From IMG/VR virus record IMGVR_UViG_3300024259_000010, positions 1-64,000 of that record: 64,000 nt of DNA, one strand, 5' to 3'. Position 1 is the stretch's first letter, and the number at the start of each line of letters is the position of its first letter. Below the pieces are notes generated by a model. It did not search any database, was not told the origin of the DNA, and worked only from the letters and a program-made list of their open reading frames with translations. A program made the translations under genes and the position numbers. Positions 54,128-64,000 of the stretch are shown in pieces.

Positions 54128-54260
54128 CTTTTAATAAGGAATAATTTGAATAGAATAAAATATAGATCACGTGTGTGGTCATACTATTCAGAATGCTGGC
54201 AGTACATTAATGCTGCTATTGTAAATAACCTAGCCGTGTGGTTAGGAGAAATGAGGAAGA

Positions 54261-54815
54261 ATGAAGAAGGAAACAGGTACTAAATTAAACATGATGAGTG
54301 ATGATAATATACTCAGTGTCAACTCACCGTTGGGACGTGTAGGTGGACCATACGTAGTAATTCATAAAGATGTGAAAGAACGTTGGGCATTAGTGGCCAT
54401 GGCGTTCGATGATAACCCAACTCTCGGTATGAGATGGTTCTGGGGATCAGGCGGGAGTCCGTTTGCACGTCAAGCTACGTGGTTCATCATACCAAAGGAC
54501 TTACATAATTCAATGCTTGACAGATTGTGTTCATCAGTTAGTATGAAACAACAGGTGGTTGATTTCTTATGTAATAAGATCCCAGGTAAAGAACTTAAAT
54601 CATTTTACAATGATAAAATTACACCAATCCCAAGATCATTAGCAGATCTTGTAGCGGATGGGTCGATGATACCCATACCCCAAGTCTCGTGGCTTGGAAA
54701 ATGTATTACTTGTGGGGCAGAAGTGCATCAGCAATGTAACTATGATTCTCCAACCGATCCTGGAATGGCAATAGAGACTGGTAACTATATACACAAAGAA
54801 CGTGAATATAAATAG
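54261..54815 (+). CDS. Hypothetical protein
   Basis: 184 aa; GMRWF and W...P motif. Confidence 0.75.
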   Translation: MKKETGTKLNMMSDDNILSVNSPLGRVGGPYVVIHKDVKERWALVAMAFDDNPTLGMRWFWGSGGSPFARQATWFIIPKDLHNSMLDRLCSSVSMKQQVVDFLCNKIPGKELKSFYNDKITPIPRSLADLVADGSMIPIPQVSWLGKCITCGAEVHQQCNYDSPTDPGMAIETGNYIHKEREYK

Positions 54816-55034
54816 AAGGGATTATTATGCCTACAGGATTTGAAAGATGTACGCGAAGAAAGCAAACATGGAAAAACATGGACCGTCACCAACGGAAAGC
54901 GTTTCATCGTGAGAATAGATGTAGAGAAATCGAAGGATTACCTTTACTCAAAAAACCCTAAGTAATTAGGTTGGTGGAATATAACCTCGTCCGATGGACA
55001 CCGGTTATCCCTTCTAATATTAACGTATTAGTTT

Positions 55035-55085
55035 ATAAGTACATGCGTAGCATTATGCTACGCATGTACTTATTATAATTTTTTT
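55035..55085 (+). terminator. 17-bp hairpin terminator
   Basis: ATAAGTACATGCGTAGC/GCTACGCATGTACTTAT. Confidence 0.75.
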
Positions 55086-55107
55086 GTAGATCAATCCTTT
55101 ATGGATA

Positions 55108-55115
55108 TATATTAC
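55108..55115 (+). promoter_or_regulatory. Early promoter TATATTAC
   Basis: Exact motif, intergenic. Confidence 0.8.
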
Positions 55116-55217
55116 ATCCATAGAGAAGTGAATTAAAAGCATATCCTTCTTCATCACAAGTGTGATCAGCTGAAAAGCGAAATTGGTGTATATGTCACTA
55201 CAAGTTTAATAAGGAGA

Positions 55218-55595
55218 TTGATAATGAGTGTATTAAATACAATGAAGAAAATGATTGAGATTGCTAAAAAAGGATCAGATGAGCTGGTGGATTTACATGA
55301 TAACTTTTACCCCAATTATGTAGACGGAGTTGTTGAATACAGAAATGTGATTCTGAATTATATTCGGGATAATATTGAAGAGATAATTTCAGCCAGTGAG
55401 GTCACTCAGAGTATCTCTACTAATAACCAGAACTGTTTGGTTGGAGGTGGGGAGGTTGATAGTGAGACCATCATGCTCTGGGAAGATGAGAATAGTACTA
55501 GTTATATAAAACTCAAACGAGGATGGTCTGGGTTGGAATGTAGCTGGGATTGGAAGATCGTAGGTGCTTATTATGGCACACTATTCTCGTATTAA
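55218..55595 (+). CDS. Hypothetical protein
   Basis: 125 aa, AAGGAG RBS. Confidence 0.75.
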   Translation: MIMSVLNTMKKMIEIAKKGSDELVDLHDNFYPNYVDGVVEYRNVILNYIRDNIEEIISASEVTQSISTNNQNCLVGGGEVDSETIMLWEDENSTSYIKLKRGWSGLECSWDWKIVGAYYGTLFSY

Positions 55596-55667
55596 ATAAA
55601 AGAGGAACCCTAACGGGTTTCTTTTTTTTATTACATTATATGTACTAATATATGTTAAGGAGTTACT

Positions 55668-56096
55668 ATGGCCAAGAGAAAAAAGAAACCTGTACATCCA
55701 GTAACTGGGTTAACTAAAGTTCAAACCAATCAGAGATGTAAAGCCGCTATGAGACAGGTGTGGCGTAAAACATCCCGTGCTAAATGCATACGTGATAATA
55801 GATTTCCTCACCCAGACCCTACTTCAAGTTTTACATATGCTGTTCCATGTGCTCACTGTCCTAAGATAATGGGGCAGAGTGAGAAGATAATGTACATTAC
55901 AAAAAAAGGAAGACGACGGAGAAGGGGAGCATATGATGTTAACCATATTACCGATACAACAATGCCACCTGTTAATGACATAGTTACAGACCTAGGCCCA
56001 TATGCAGATGAGTTATTACATACACCAGTTGAGATAGTATGCCCAGAGTGTCATGCTAAGATTACTGCTGAACAACGTAAGTTAAAATTTGGATAA
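55668..56096 (+). CDS. Zn-binding HNH-like endonuclease
   Basis: CAHC...DVNH...CPECHAKIT; AAGGAG RBS. Confidence 0.55.
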   Translation: MAKRKKKPVHPVTGLTKVQTNQRCKAAMRQVWRKTSRAKCIRDNRFPHPDPTSSFTYAVPCAHCPKIMGQSEKIMYITKKGRRRRRGAYDVNHITDTTMPPVNDIVTDLGPYADELLHTPVEIVCPECHAKITAEQRKLKFG

Positions 56097-56154
56097 TATA
56101 AAAGAGAGGCCCCTAACAGGGTTTCTCTTTTTGTTATTCAGGATATTTCAGATA

Positions 56155-56162
56155 TATATTAC
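56155..56162 (+). promoter_or_regulatory. Early promoter TATATTAC
   Basis: Exact motif, intergenic. Confidence 0.8.
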
Positions 56163-56200
56163 TTTATTGATATGTAATCAAAGAGGAAAGGAATATAATT

Positions 56201-56623
56201 ATGGACAATGAGTATAAACAGATAATAGATAAATTTTCTAAGAGTTATAATAACTCCACGCGAGCTTTTATAATGTTCGTGTTATTATTTGCAACAAAAC
56301 ACGTACCTGGTACAAATCAAGACGGGTGTGAGTTATTGACATTGATGGAAAAGCTTAATGAGTTATATCTCGGTAGGGAAAGATCTAACGGAAGCTGGGT
56401 ATCTTTAAAACGACTCGATAAAGTAGATTTTGATATAAAAGTTCTATTTGAGAAATTAAAAATATCGTTTGGTAATATGTATTCCACAATAACCTGTGAT
56501 GATAAGGAATTTACTAATGATAACCTTGTTCTCATATTGGGTACCATATATGGTAAAGATTGCTTCGAGTTGGATCTAACGAATATGGACAAAGCATGGC
56601 CCGTTACAACTGACCCATCATAA
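56201..56623 (+). CDS. Hypothetical protein
   Basis: 140 aa. Confidence 0.75.
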   Translation: MDNEYKQIIDKFSKSYNNSTRAFIMFVLLFATKHVPGTNQDGCELLTLMEKLNELYLGRERSNGSWVSLKRLDKVDFDIKVLFEKLKISFGNMYSTITCDDKEFTNDNLVLILGTIYGKDCFELDLTNMDKAWPVTTDPS

Positions 56624-56674
56624 CAAGAAGAGAAACCCGTTGGGGTTTCTTTTTTTTCATCTTAGATATAAACA

Positions 56675-56682
56675 TATATTAC
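56675..56682 (+). promoter_or_regulatory. Early promoter TATATTAC
   Basis: Exact motif, intergenic. Confidence 0.8.
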
Positions 56683-56721
56683 TTATATAGATATACTATT
56701 TAAAATTAAAAGGAGTTGAAT

Positions 56722-56964
56722 ATGAATGAGGAACTTAAAAAATATCTCTTAGAGAAAATGAAAGATGGTGTTGCTCGATTTGATACATGGGGTGGTACTA
56801 AGGGTAAAGAATTATATAAGTTGTTAAAAGATGAAAAGTTAATTGACATAGATGGTACAATATTCACAGTATCACATACTAATCGTGGTGGTATGGGTAT
56901 GGGTGCTTATCCAAATTCAATTACAGTCACACAAGTTGATCCATCTAAAGCAACTAAAGTATGA
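56722..56964 (+). CDS. Hypothetical protein
   Basis: AAGGAG RBS. Confidence 0.75.
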   Translation: MNEELKKYLLEKMKDGVARFDTWGGTKGKELYKLLKDEKLIDIDGTIFTVSHTNRGGMGMGAYPNSITVTQVDPSKATKV

Positions 56965-57021
56965 ATAATTAAAAAGAAGAGCCATTACAGCTCTTCTTTT
57001 TTTTCATCTTAGTTATAAACA

Positions 57022-57029
57022 TATATTAC
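57022..57029 (+). promoter_or_regulatory. Early promoter TATATTAC
   Basis: Exact motif, intergenic. Confidence 0.8.
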
Positions 57030-57088
57030 TTCTATGTACTGATTTTTAATAAACAAATAAGTTTATACTATACGTTATAAAGGAGTAT

Positions 57089-58675
57089 ATGAAAAAAGAA
57101 GAAGGTGAAGTAGATATCAATCTTCTTGTACCATTTTATTTAATGAGTTCATTCTTATATTACAAAGAGGACCTAAGTCCCCTAACTGATCATAAGTATG
57201 ATATGCTATGTAAGAAACTCCTGAAGCATTGGGATGACATTGAGCATCAGCATAAGAAGTATATAGATAAAGAAGCACTTAGTTCTGGAACTGGTTACTA
57301 CATCAATTGGGATGAGTTGCCATCTAGGATAAAAGGCGGTGCAAAGCATTGGTATGAGGTAGCTAGGTCAGAAATGCCTAGTTTGAATAAATTTATAAAA
57401 AAAGGAAAGTCTATGAATGATGGACAACAGGTGTTTGTATTATCATGTGGTGATATGGATAGCATTATGGCTTCAAAGATTATTTGCAAAGCCATCCCAG
57501 GGAGCATACATCTTGCTGCCTCCAGAAAACAAATAGATGTCCCAAATGGTTCTCTAATATATTTAGTGAGACCTTACATGGGTTATCGTAGAATTTGTGA
57601 TCTCTTACATAATTATGAAGTACGTCTAATTGATTACGATGTGAGTGATGAATATAAGTCGAAAGATCTTCTTGAATCAAATGGTTGTAAAACTACTTGG
57701 GTTAAGACCAAAGAGAATGTTCTATCAGAAGTTGTCTGGGATATGTTCTTCAATGGTAAAGAGAAGCCAGAGATTATCAAACATGTTCGTGATTACATGA
57801 AATGGGAATTCCAAATAGAAAACACATTAGCTATTCATTATGGGTATGAGTTGATCATACCTAAGTTTGGCTCAAATAGCTCTGTGTTTGGTAAGCTTTT
57901 GGATAACGACGTAGATGCTCTAAATCATCTCAAGGCAGGTGGTCTGGAAATAAAAGGGTACGTAGACTTCGTTAATTCAGAGTTATTAAAAGAACTTGGA
58001 TTTTCAGCAACTATAGATGGACGACCAGTTATCTGTGCAAATATTGCTGGAGTGAATTCACTATTCTTTAATGTGGATGGAACTCAAATAGATTCATATG
58101 ATATTGCTCAGACATTTTATTATGTACCAGCTAACAATATGGTCCACAGTGCTATCTATGCTATCTCAGATGATATCGATGTGGGTAAGCTAGCATCAGA
58201 TCATTTTCAAGGTGGTGGTAATAGAGGAGCTGCTGGTTTCAATACTAGAGGATTACCATTTGATAAGATTGAAGCTGAGACTATGGGCACTACAGATTAT
58301 GAAGGTATGATCAAAGCTTCAATTAAATCATCTAACATTATTCAGTATGTTAAATCTAAAATACATGGATGGCCTCGTAATACGTTCTATGGAACATGGA
58401 GAGGTATGTCTGCAGTATTTTACAACACACCATTCTTAATTGGTACCGACTTCTTTGAGAAGATGGATACTCGTGGTTGTGATGTACGAGTAACATTCTG
58501 TATGTTAGGTAATGGACATTATCGAATTGCATGTAAAGGTAAAGATGGGTTCCCATTGCCTGATGAATTCGGTAAGAAGGTTGATGCATATTCAATTGAG
58601 ACACTCCCTGAATTAGTTCACGCTACATTCACTAAGGGTGAAATCAAGAAAGATATGTTTTTCGAGAAATCATAA
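57089..58675 (+). CDS. LigA-Ia-like N-terminal domain fused to a degenerate DHH/DHHA1 phosphoesterase
   Basis: SFLYYKEDLSPLTDHKYDML resembles the NAD-ligase Ia module; GDMDS, LIDYD (for IDHH), VRDYMKWEF, GGGNRGAAGF. Confidence 0.65.
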   Translation: MKKEEGEVDINLLVPFYLMSSFLYYKEDLSPLTDHKYDMLCKKLLKHWDDIEHQHKKYIDKEALSSGTGYYINWDELPSRIKGGAKHWYEVARSEMPSLNKFIKKGKSMNDGQQVFVLSCGDMDSIMASKIICKAIPGSIHLAASRKQIDVPNGSLIYLVRPYMGYRRICDLLHNYEVRLIDYDVSDEYKSKDLLESNGCKTTWVKTKENVLSEVVWDMFFNGKEKPEIIKHVRDYMKWEFQIENTLAIHYGYELIIPKFGSNSSVFGKLLDNDVDALNHLKAGGLEIKGYVDFVNSELLKELGFSATIDGRPVICANIAGVNSLFFNVDGTQIDSYDIAQTFYYVPANNMVHSAIYAISDDIDVGKLASDHFQGGGNRGAAGFNTRGLPFDKIEAETMGTTDYEGMIKASIKSSNIIQYVKSKIHGWPRNTFYGTWRGMSAVFYNTPFLIGTDFFEKMDTRGCDVRVTFCMLGNGHYRIACKGKDGFPLPDEFGKKVDAYSIETLPELVHATFTKGEIKKDMFFEKS

Positions 58676-58704
58676 CTATTGTGTAACTCAATAATATACA
58701 GGTA

Positions 58705-58712
58705 TATATTAC
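58705..58712 (+). promoter_or_regulatory. Early promoter TATATTAC
   Basis: Exact motif, intergenic. Confidence 0.8.
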
Positions 58713-58796
58713 TTATATAGAATTGAACCAATAACGTAATTAACTGTTAGAGAAATTATGATAGTTATCAAAGATGGAAATAAGGAGAGTATAGTC

Positions 58797-59096
58797 ATGA
58801 GTGAAGTAGAAAAAGAACAAGAAGAAGTTACTTCTGAAGAAGAAGTGGTTGAAGAAGAAATCATCGAAGAAGAAGTTGTAGAAGTAGTCGCTGAAGAAAC
58901 ACCGGTTGAAGTAGCAGATAATAAGACTGTGGCCAAGGTACCGTTTAAAGAACGGGTATCGGAAGTTGCTTCAACTGCTAAATATGCAGTTTCGGATTCG
59001 TATGTAAAGCATCCAAAAGTATGGAAGACTGTTGGGCTTTGCGCACTCGTAGGAACATGTGCCTTCTTAGGTGCGCGTGCTGGTTCTGATGATTAA
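58797..59096 (+). CDS. Acidic protein with a C-terminal membrane anchor
   Basis: AAGGAG RBS; Glu-rich N-terminus; C-terminal TM. Confidence 0.75.
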   Translation: MSEVEKEQEEVTSEEEVVEEEIIEEEVVEVVAEETPVEVADNKTVAKVPFKERVSEVASTAKYAVSDSYVKHPKVWKTVGLCALVGTCAFLGARAGSDD

Positions 59097-59110
59097 GTCA
59101 GATGAATTAA

Positions 59111-59155
59111 AATATAAGACACACTCGTAATGAGTGTGTCTTATATTTTTTTATT
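59111..59155. terminator. Bidirectional terminator hairpin at a convergent junction
   Basis: 16-bp IR with GTAAT loop. Confidence 0.85.
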
Positions 59156-59158
59156 CAA

Positions 59159-60643
59159 TTAAGCAAATTCTACAAAGTACTTAGAAATGAACTTAGTAAT
59201 AATTTCAGCATAGACTTTAACAGTAGATTCATCTACGAGGTCTTGGTCAACAGTTTTATTATTATTAAGAACTTCATTATATTTTGCACCTAGCTTATGA
59301 TAGAGTTCTTCAACCATAGTATCTTTATGCATGACCTTAAGGAGTACACCATATAAGACATCATGTAATGGAGTCTTATTGATAACCATCTTACCGGCAG
59401 CGTATGCAATATCGTCATACATATCTCTGCTGTTAAATTCTTTAACATGATTAGATAGTACAACAGATACAGTACGTACCATAATATCATTTTGTTTAGC
59501 AGTAACATATTTTTCATCTTCAGCAGAAGAGTTAGCATATGTATCAGCAACACGTTCTTTACTACTAGTAAGTTTTTCAACAGTCAAACCAATCTTAGAG
59601 ATAGGTAAGTTACTATTAACAACAGTGCGATGTTTCACAACATCTTCATCTGTAATACCAGCAGCGGTTGCTTTGGTAGCAACATCAGGATTCTTCAATC
59701 CATTAGAGAACAATACAGTATCGTTATAAGTATACAAACGATGATGATATACGAAGTAAGCACAGATATCTAAAACAGATGAAAGAATCTTAACATTACC
59801 ATTGATAGCGTCTGGATCAAACCCAGCTCCAACAATAGCACCTTCTGCATCTGTAAGACAAGGTCCATACTTATTAACTACATCCATACATTTGTACATA
59901 GCTTTATCAGTAGAAGGTTGGTCAACAATCGTGCTTTTAGTTTCTGAAACTAATGCATTTAAACCAGTACCTTTTGTCAGATGTGACAACACTGCTGTAA
60001 CAGATTCTGTATCATGTCCTTTTTCAAGTAATGATGTAGCGATCTTCTGTTTTGATTCTTCATCGATAACAAGTTGTCCAGTAGTAACACCACTGAGCAT
60101 TCTAGGAAGATATCTACTACATGATACTTTAAATTTGTATTCAGCAGATAGATCACCAGAATCAATAACAGTTTCTTCAACACCATTGATAACAGATGCA
60201 CTGTCACCAACTGTTGCCAAAGCACTGAAGTCATATGACTCTAATGCAAAGTCTACGGATTCACCTTCTGAAGCTTTTGCAAGTTTAGGGTCTAAAGCAA
60301 TACGTCTATTATATTCTTCATTAATACCACCTTGAAGAGTTTCCACAGTATTGTGCAATTCTTTAAGGGAGGTAATACCATCTGTAATTTTTTCTTCAAA
60401 AGAAGTTGCCACAGTTGATATAACACCAACTAGTGATTCTTTGTCAGCTTCGGTGAATGAATCCAACCAAGCTGTAACTTGTTCTAATTCGGTACCGCCT
60501 TCAACTGCTGCAGTATCTGCTGGAATATTTTTCAATAATTCAGCATATAGATTACTACCTTGCTTAAAACTGATGTCTGGAAGAGCTTCAGCTTTAACGG
60601 AACTCAGAATGTGATTTTTAATAAATTCAAAATTAATCATCAT
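59159..60643 (-). CDS. phiKZ-like virion structural protein
   Basis: 494-aa ORF next to the baseplate gene on the late strand; assignment by context and general resemblance. Confidence 0.6.
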   Translation of the reverse strand: MMINFEFIKNHILSSVKAEALPDISFKQGSNLYAELLKNIPADTAAVEGGTELEQVTAWLDSFTEADKESLVGVISTVATSFEEKITDGITSLKELHNTVETLQGGINEEYNRRIALDPKLAKASEGESVDFALESYDFSALATVGDSASVINGVEETVIDSGDLSAEYKFKVSCSRYLPRMLSGVTTGQLVIDEESKQKIATSLLEKGHDTESVTAVLSHLTKGTGLNALVSETKSTIVDQPSTDKAMYKCMDVVNKYGPCLTDAEGAIVGAGFDPDAINGNVKILSSVLDICAYFVYHHRLYTYNDTVLFSNGLKNPDVATKATAAGITDEDVVKHRTVVNSNLPISKIGLTVEKLTSSKERVADTYANSSAEDEKYVTAKQNDIMVRTVSVVLSNHVKEFNSRDMYDDIAYAAGKMVINKTPLHDVLYGVLLKVMHKDTMVEELYHKLGAKYNEVLNNNKTVDQDLVDESTVKVYAEIITKFISKYFVEFA

Positions 60644-60645
60644 GA

Positions 60646-60810
60646 TTAGCCTGCCTTTTCACTAAGGGTTGTAGATACTGTTTCAGCAACAGATCCCTGT
60701 AGATTCTTTGATGAATCTAAAGATATATTTTTATTTGATCCCAAAGCTTTTGAAACAATAGCATGAACTACTACGTTTGTAAAAACTGAAATTTTATTTA
60801 CTTTGCTCAT
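60646..60810 (-). CDS. Small hypothetical protein (54 aa)
   Basis: GGAG RBS before ATG 60810. Confidence 0.6.
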   Translation of the reverse strand: MSKVNKISVFTNVVVHAIVSKALGSNKNISLDSSKNLQGSVAETVSTTLSEKAG

Positions 60811-60905
60811 TTTTTCTCCAATATTAACATTAAAATAGAATAGATAGTACATACTCACATATAATGATAAGATATGTACTATCTATTTATACAATAAATA
60901 CCTGA

Positions 60906-63900
60906 TTACAGATCGCCTTCTGCATCAACTATTAAGAATTGGAAACCAATATCACGGTCGATTTCGATCACACCAGTATTGGAATTATAAACAAGAATAT
61001 GTTTAAGATTCAATACAGTACCGTCATCTACATGTACCAATGTTTGGTCTTCCATATTTGAATTAAGTCCGAATGTATCTACAGATTTTACAAAATGTCC
61101 GAGCTGACTAGTAATAGCATCTGCTATCTGAGTTAACGCGAAAATATTATTAACTGTATATTCATCTACAATCTTAACAATAGTTTGCCTGATTGAATGT
61201 AAGATCTTATCGTCTCCAATAACACGTCGTACTACAAATAATTTAAAGTGAATACTAAACTCTAAATCAAATTGTGTTATGAATGGTGAACTTACTTTGA
61301 AGTCTGCTTTTCCAATAGATTTACTTGGTCTATAATAAATATCAGTATTAGGGATCAACCTCGGTTTAGAAGTTGCCACAACACCACAGTTATCAAGAAT
61401 AAGCTGTTTCATTGAATTAACATATTCCTCAGTACTTTCATAATTAGCATATGAATTTAGATCACCATATAAAATACGTTTATTAATATGGATCATATAC
61501 ACACGATAATATGTTTCTCTACTTAGTTGAACAGGTGTTAAATCTGATAATGTTTTAACATTACCTTTGATAGACTCATATACAGGAGGTGATACAATCT
61601 TTGTCACTGGTCCAGTAAAGCCTAGTGTCAGTATAACATCTCTTACCAATTGACTACTATCAATATCAACGGGTTTAGATATAGATATATCAGCTGCCCC
61701 ACCAGTATCATCACCTGCTTGACCAGCATCAATAGTGAATGTAGTATCATCTATTACAATTACAGAACTTACATATTCCCCATCTGGTAGATCATCAGTA
61801 TTAGTAGAGCTTGCAACCGTTAATGTATCACCTGTTGTTAAAAAATGATCAGCTAATGTAAATGTAACGGTATTACCAGATGAAGCAAATGGTACAGCAA
61901 GTCCTGTAAATGGTGTTTCATTAGATAGATCGCTTCTATTTAATACAACAAACTGTGATAAGTCAATACCATTATTATCCAGTATACCTGTAGCTTCATA
62001 TTTAAATGAAATTGTATACGTAGGTTCACCTTCCGAGTCAGGATATCTAAATGGAGCCCATCCAAATTTAGGTGGTACCATGATACCACCATCATTGGCT
62101 TCAGCAGGAGCAGATGTTAATGGTACCCCAGACTCTTTTAAATACCATGTATCAGTATCAAAGGTTAATGTAAAGTTACCAGATACCCATTCAGGTAATC
62201 CGCCATTTAAAGCAAACGTGAAGTCTGTAACATGTGTATTGAATGCATAATTATCTAACGTAATGATACGTGGAAATGCACGTATTAAAGAGTTAGCTAC
62301 GATATTATTATCTAATTCAATATAACCGTAATAATCTTCTCCAACATCGATCTTTGTTATCTTTACAATCTCTCCAGTACGAGAGATTTCAAAGTCTTCA
62401 AGATATGATACACCGTCTTCATCTGGTCTATACATATATTGACCAACTTGTTTTATCTTAATAAAGTCAGCACCAGATCCAGGATCGTATAAAACAAGAG
62501 AACCATTAGTATCTCTAAGATAACTGTCAGTTGAATATTTTTGATTTATATTATCGGGATAAGTCTCAAATTCATGCTGATCATATGAAATATCAACAGC
62601 AGTGAACAGCTCTTTAATAGTAGACCCGAATTTTACATTTAGATTATAAATAGACAATGTCTCAAATCCAATAGTAGCACTAGTTGTCAAATATTCATTA
62701 TCTATTCCATCTAAGGTGGGAATAATAGAACCATTGAGCAATAGTGATATTGTGATATCATCATTAAGTCTAATAAACCCAGTTACACTATTTTCAAACT
62801 TAAACTGAATGAGTTCGGGAGTGTTTATCCAACCATTAGTTTCAAGTTCAATATCATAAGTATATAACCCATTTTCATCAAATACAGCATCAACACCAGT
62901 ATCATTATTATTCTTAAAAACAGTATTATTAAGTTTATTAACAGTAGATGCAACCACAGCAACATTAGTAGGTACTAATGGAGTAGGCAGTTCTTGTGCA
63001 TATGATGCTTTAACTTCAACACTAATAATATATTTCAAAATAGAAGTATTGCGATCACCAGCATCGGCATCAACTATTTCCATACGTTCGGCATTAATTA
63101 CAACATTGTTAATTGACAGTTGTATTTCAGCAGCAGCCTCTGCAACAAAATCTCTATTAATAATCTCTGGTGATTCTAAATCAAATGTTTCACCAAATGG
63201 TATATTATTTATAGTTGATACTTTATTATAGAAAGGATTGTATGTATATGTACTATTATTAAGATCATCAATAAATGCTTGTTGTGTTAGTGGGTTTTCT
63301 TTTTTGCTCTCCAATAATAACACTTCCGCATCACTCATCGGTTTAGCAATATCAGTATCTTTATTATAAAGGTACATAACATCAGGTGTCATTAGAAATG
63401 ATCCATCACGATATCGTCTAATATTTTTAATTTTATAATCATTACCAGATTCAATATCAGAAGTACGTAAAAGTGTTGTAATATCACCAGATGGTACAAT
63501 AGCACCTTTAACATCTCTAAGTTCTTTATAGCATAAATAAATTCTAGATGTAATACCATCTTTAAACTTACTAACTTTCATTCCAACATTAAGATCTTCA
63601 AAGTAGCCAACTAAATCCATAGGTGTGATTAACAATTCATCATTAAACGTATCATAAATAACACGGCGACGTAGATTAGTATAATCCATTCCAACACTAC
63701 CACCAATAATACGTTGATCAATTATCCCAATGTTAATATTATTTCTATTGGTTAACATAGATGAATATTTATCAGTACTTTCAACACCAGTAAGTGGGAA
63801 CTTGGCTGGAATTAATGCACCTGCTAATGGAGAAGTATCGATATCTACCTCACCTTTAGTAGCTAGAATTTCAATCTTGAGTTTATTACCTAACTGATCC

Positions 63901-64000
63901 TGTGTCATATATACAAATGGGATAGCTAGTTTGATAGACTTAGTTTCCTGCATAACCGTAACAATAGCTGTTGGCACATCCTCAGAATCTACATCATAAA
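60906..64000 (-). CDS. Baseplate wedge-like protein, phiKZ-type (N-terminus beyond the window, >1030 aa)
   Basis: Frame stays open to the window end; IEILATKGEVDID, GGSVGMDYTNLRRRVI, LITPMDL and DGITSRIY segments are typical of jumbo-phage wedge proteins. Confidence 0.7.
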   Translation of the reverse strand, partial: YDVDSEDVPTAIVTVMQETKSIKLAIPFVYMTQDQLGNKLKIEILATKGEVDIDTSPLAGALIPAKFPLTGVESTDKYSSMLTNRNNINIGIIDQRIIGGSVGMDYTNLRRRVIYDTFNDELLITPMDLVGYFEDLNVGMKVSKFKDGITSRIYLCYKELRDVKGAIVPSGDITTLLRTSDIESGNDYKIKNIRRYRDGSFLMTPDVMYLYNKDTDIAKPMSDAEVLLLESKKENPLTQQAFIDDLNNSTYTYNPFYNKVSTINNIPFGETFDLESPEIINRDFVAEAAAEIQLSINNVVINAERMEIVDADAGDRNTSILKYIISVEVKASYAQELPTPLVPTNVAVVASTVNKLNNTVFKNNNDTGVDAVFDENGLYTYDIELETNGWINTPELIQFKFENSVTGFIRLNDDITISLLLNGSIIPTLDGIDNEYLTTSATIGFETLSIYNLNVKFGSTIKELFTAVDISYDQHEFETYPDNINQKYSTDSYLRDTNGSLVLYDPGSGADFIKIKQVGQYMYRPDEDGVSYLEDFEISRTGEIVKITKIDVGEDYYGYIELDNNIVANSLIRAFPRIITLDNYAFNTHVTDFTFALNGGLPEWVSGNFTLTFDTDTWYLKESGVPLTSAPAEANDGGIMVPPKFGWAPFRYPDSEGEPTYTISFKYEATGILDNNGIDLSQFVVLNRSDLSNETPFTGLAVPFASSGNTVTFTLADHFLTTGDTLTVASSTNTDDLPDGEYVSSVIVIDDTTFTIDAGQAGDDTGGAADISISKPVDIDSSQLVRDVILTLGFTGPVTKIVSPPVYESIKGNVKTLSDLTPVQLSRETYYRVYMIHINKRILYGDLNSYANYESTEEYVNSMKQLILDNCGVVATSKPRLIPNTDIYYRPSKSIGKADFKVSSPFITQFDLEFSIHFKLFVVRRVIGDDKILHSIRQTIVKIVDEYTVNNIFALTQIADAITSQLGHFVKSVDTFGLNSNMEDQTLVHVDDGTVLNLKHILVYNSNTGVIEIDRDIGFQFLIVDAEGDL

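Noticed and set aside
59290-63231. Plus-strand ORFs over the right-hand structural genes
   Set aside because: Antisense shadows of the 494-aa and baseplate genes.
1-64000. CRISPR array, IS/transposase, group I/II introns, rRNA
   Set aside because: No regularly spaced repeats, terminal-repeat elements or intron core motifs seen; thyA and recJ are uninterrupted.

Overview
This is a 64-kb segment of an AT-rich, phiKZ-like jumbo phage genome in standard genetic code. Both ends carry minus-strand virion genes truncated by the window: a >1800-aa gp181-like tape-measure/tail protein on the left, and a >1030-aa baseplate wedge-like protein plus a 494-aa structural protein on the right. Between them lie about 100 mostly plus-strand early/accessory genes, preceded by 19 plus-strand copies of the phiKZ-type early promoter TATATTAC. 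Recognisable genes include thyA, folA, tmk, dCMP deaminase, a thioredoxin-dUTPase fusion, recJ, an acyl carrier protein, an alarmone-hydrolase-like HD protein, a PduO-like protein, a papain-like protease, HNH nucleases and a sulfotransferase fused to a tail-associated domain. RNA genes are tRNA-Leu(UAA), tRNA-Ile2(CAU), tRNA-Arg(UCU) and a complete tmRNA. The most unusual signal is a set of large, densely base-paired regions that I cannot assign to any RNA family: about 490 nt (7894-8384), 385 nt (9447-9830), 870 nt (11631-12497) and 265 nt (20934-21198). There is also a 142-nt tRNA-like RNA whose anticodon arm is replaced by three hairpins, and an orphan 3' half-tRNA. All structures were read by eye; no folding software or database search was run.
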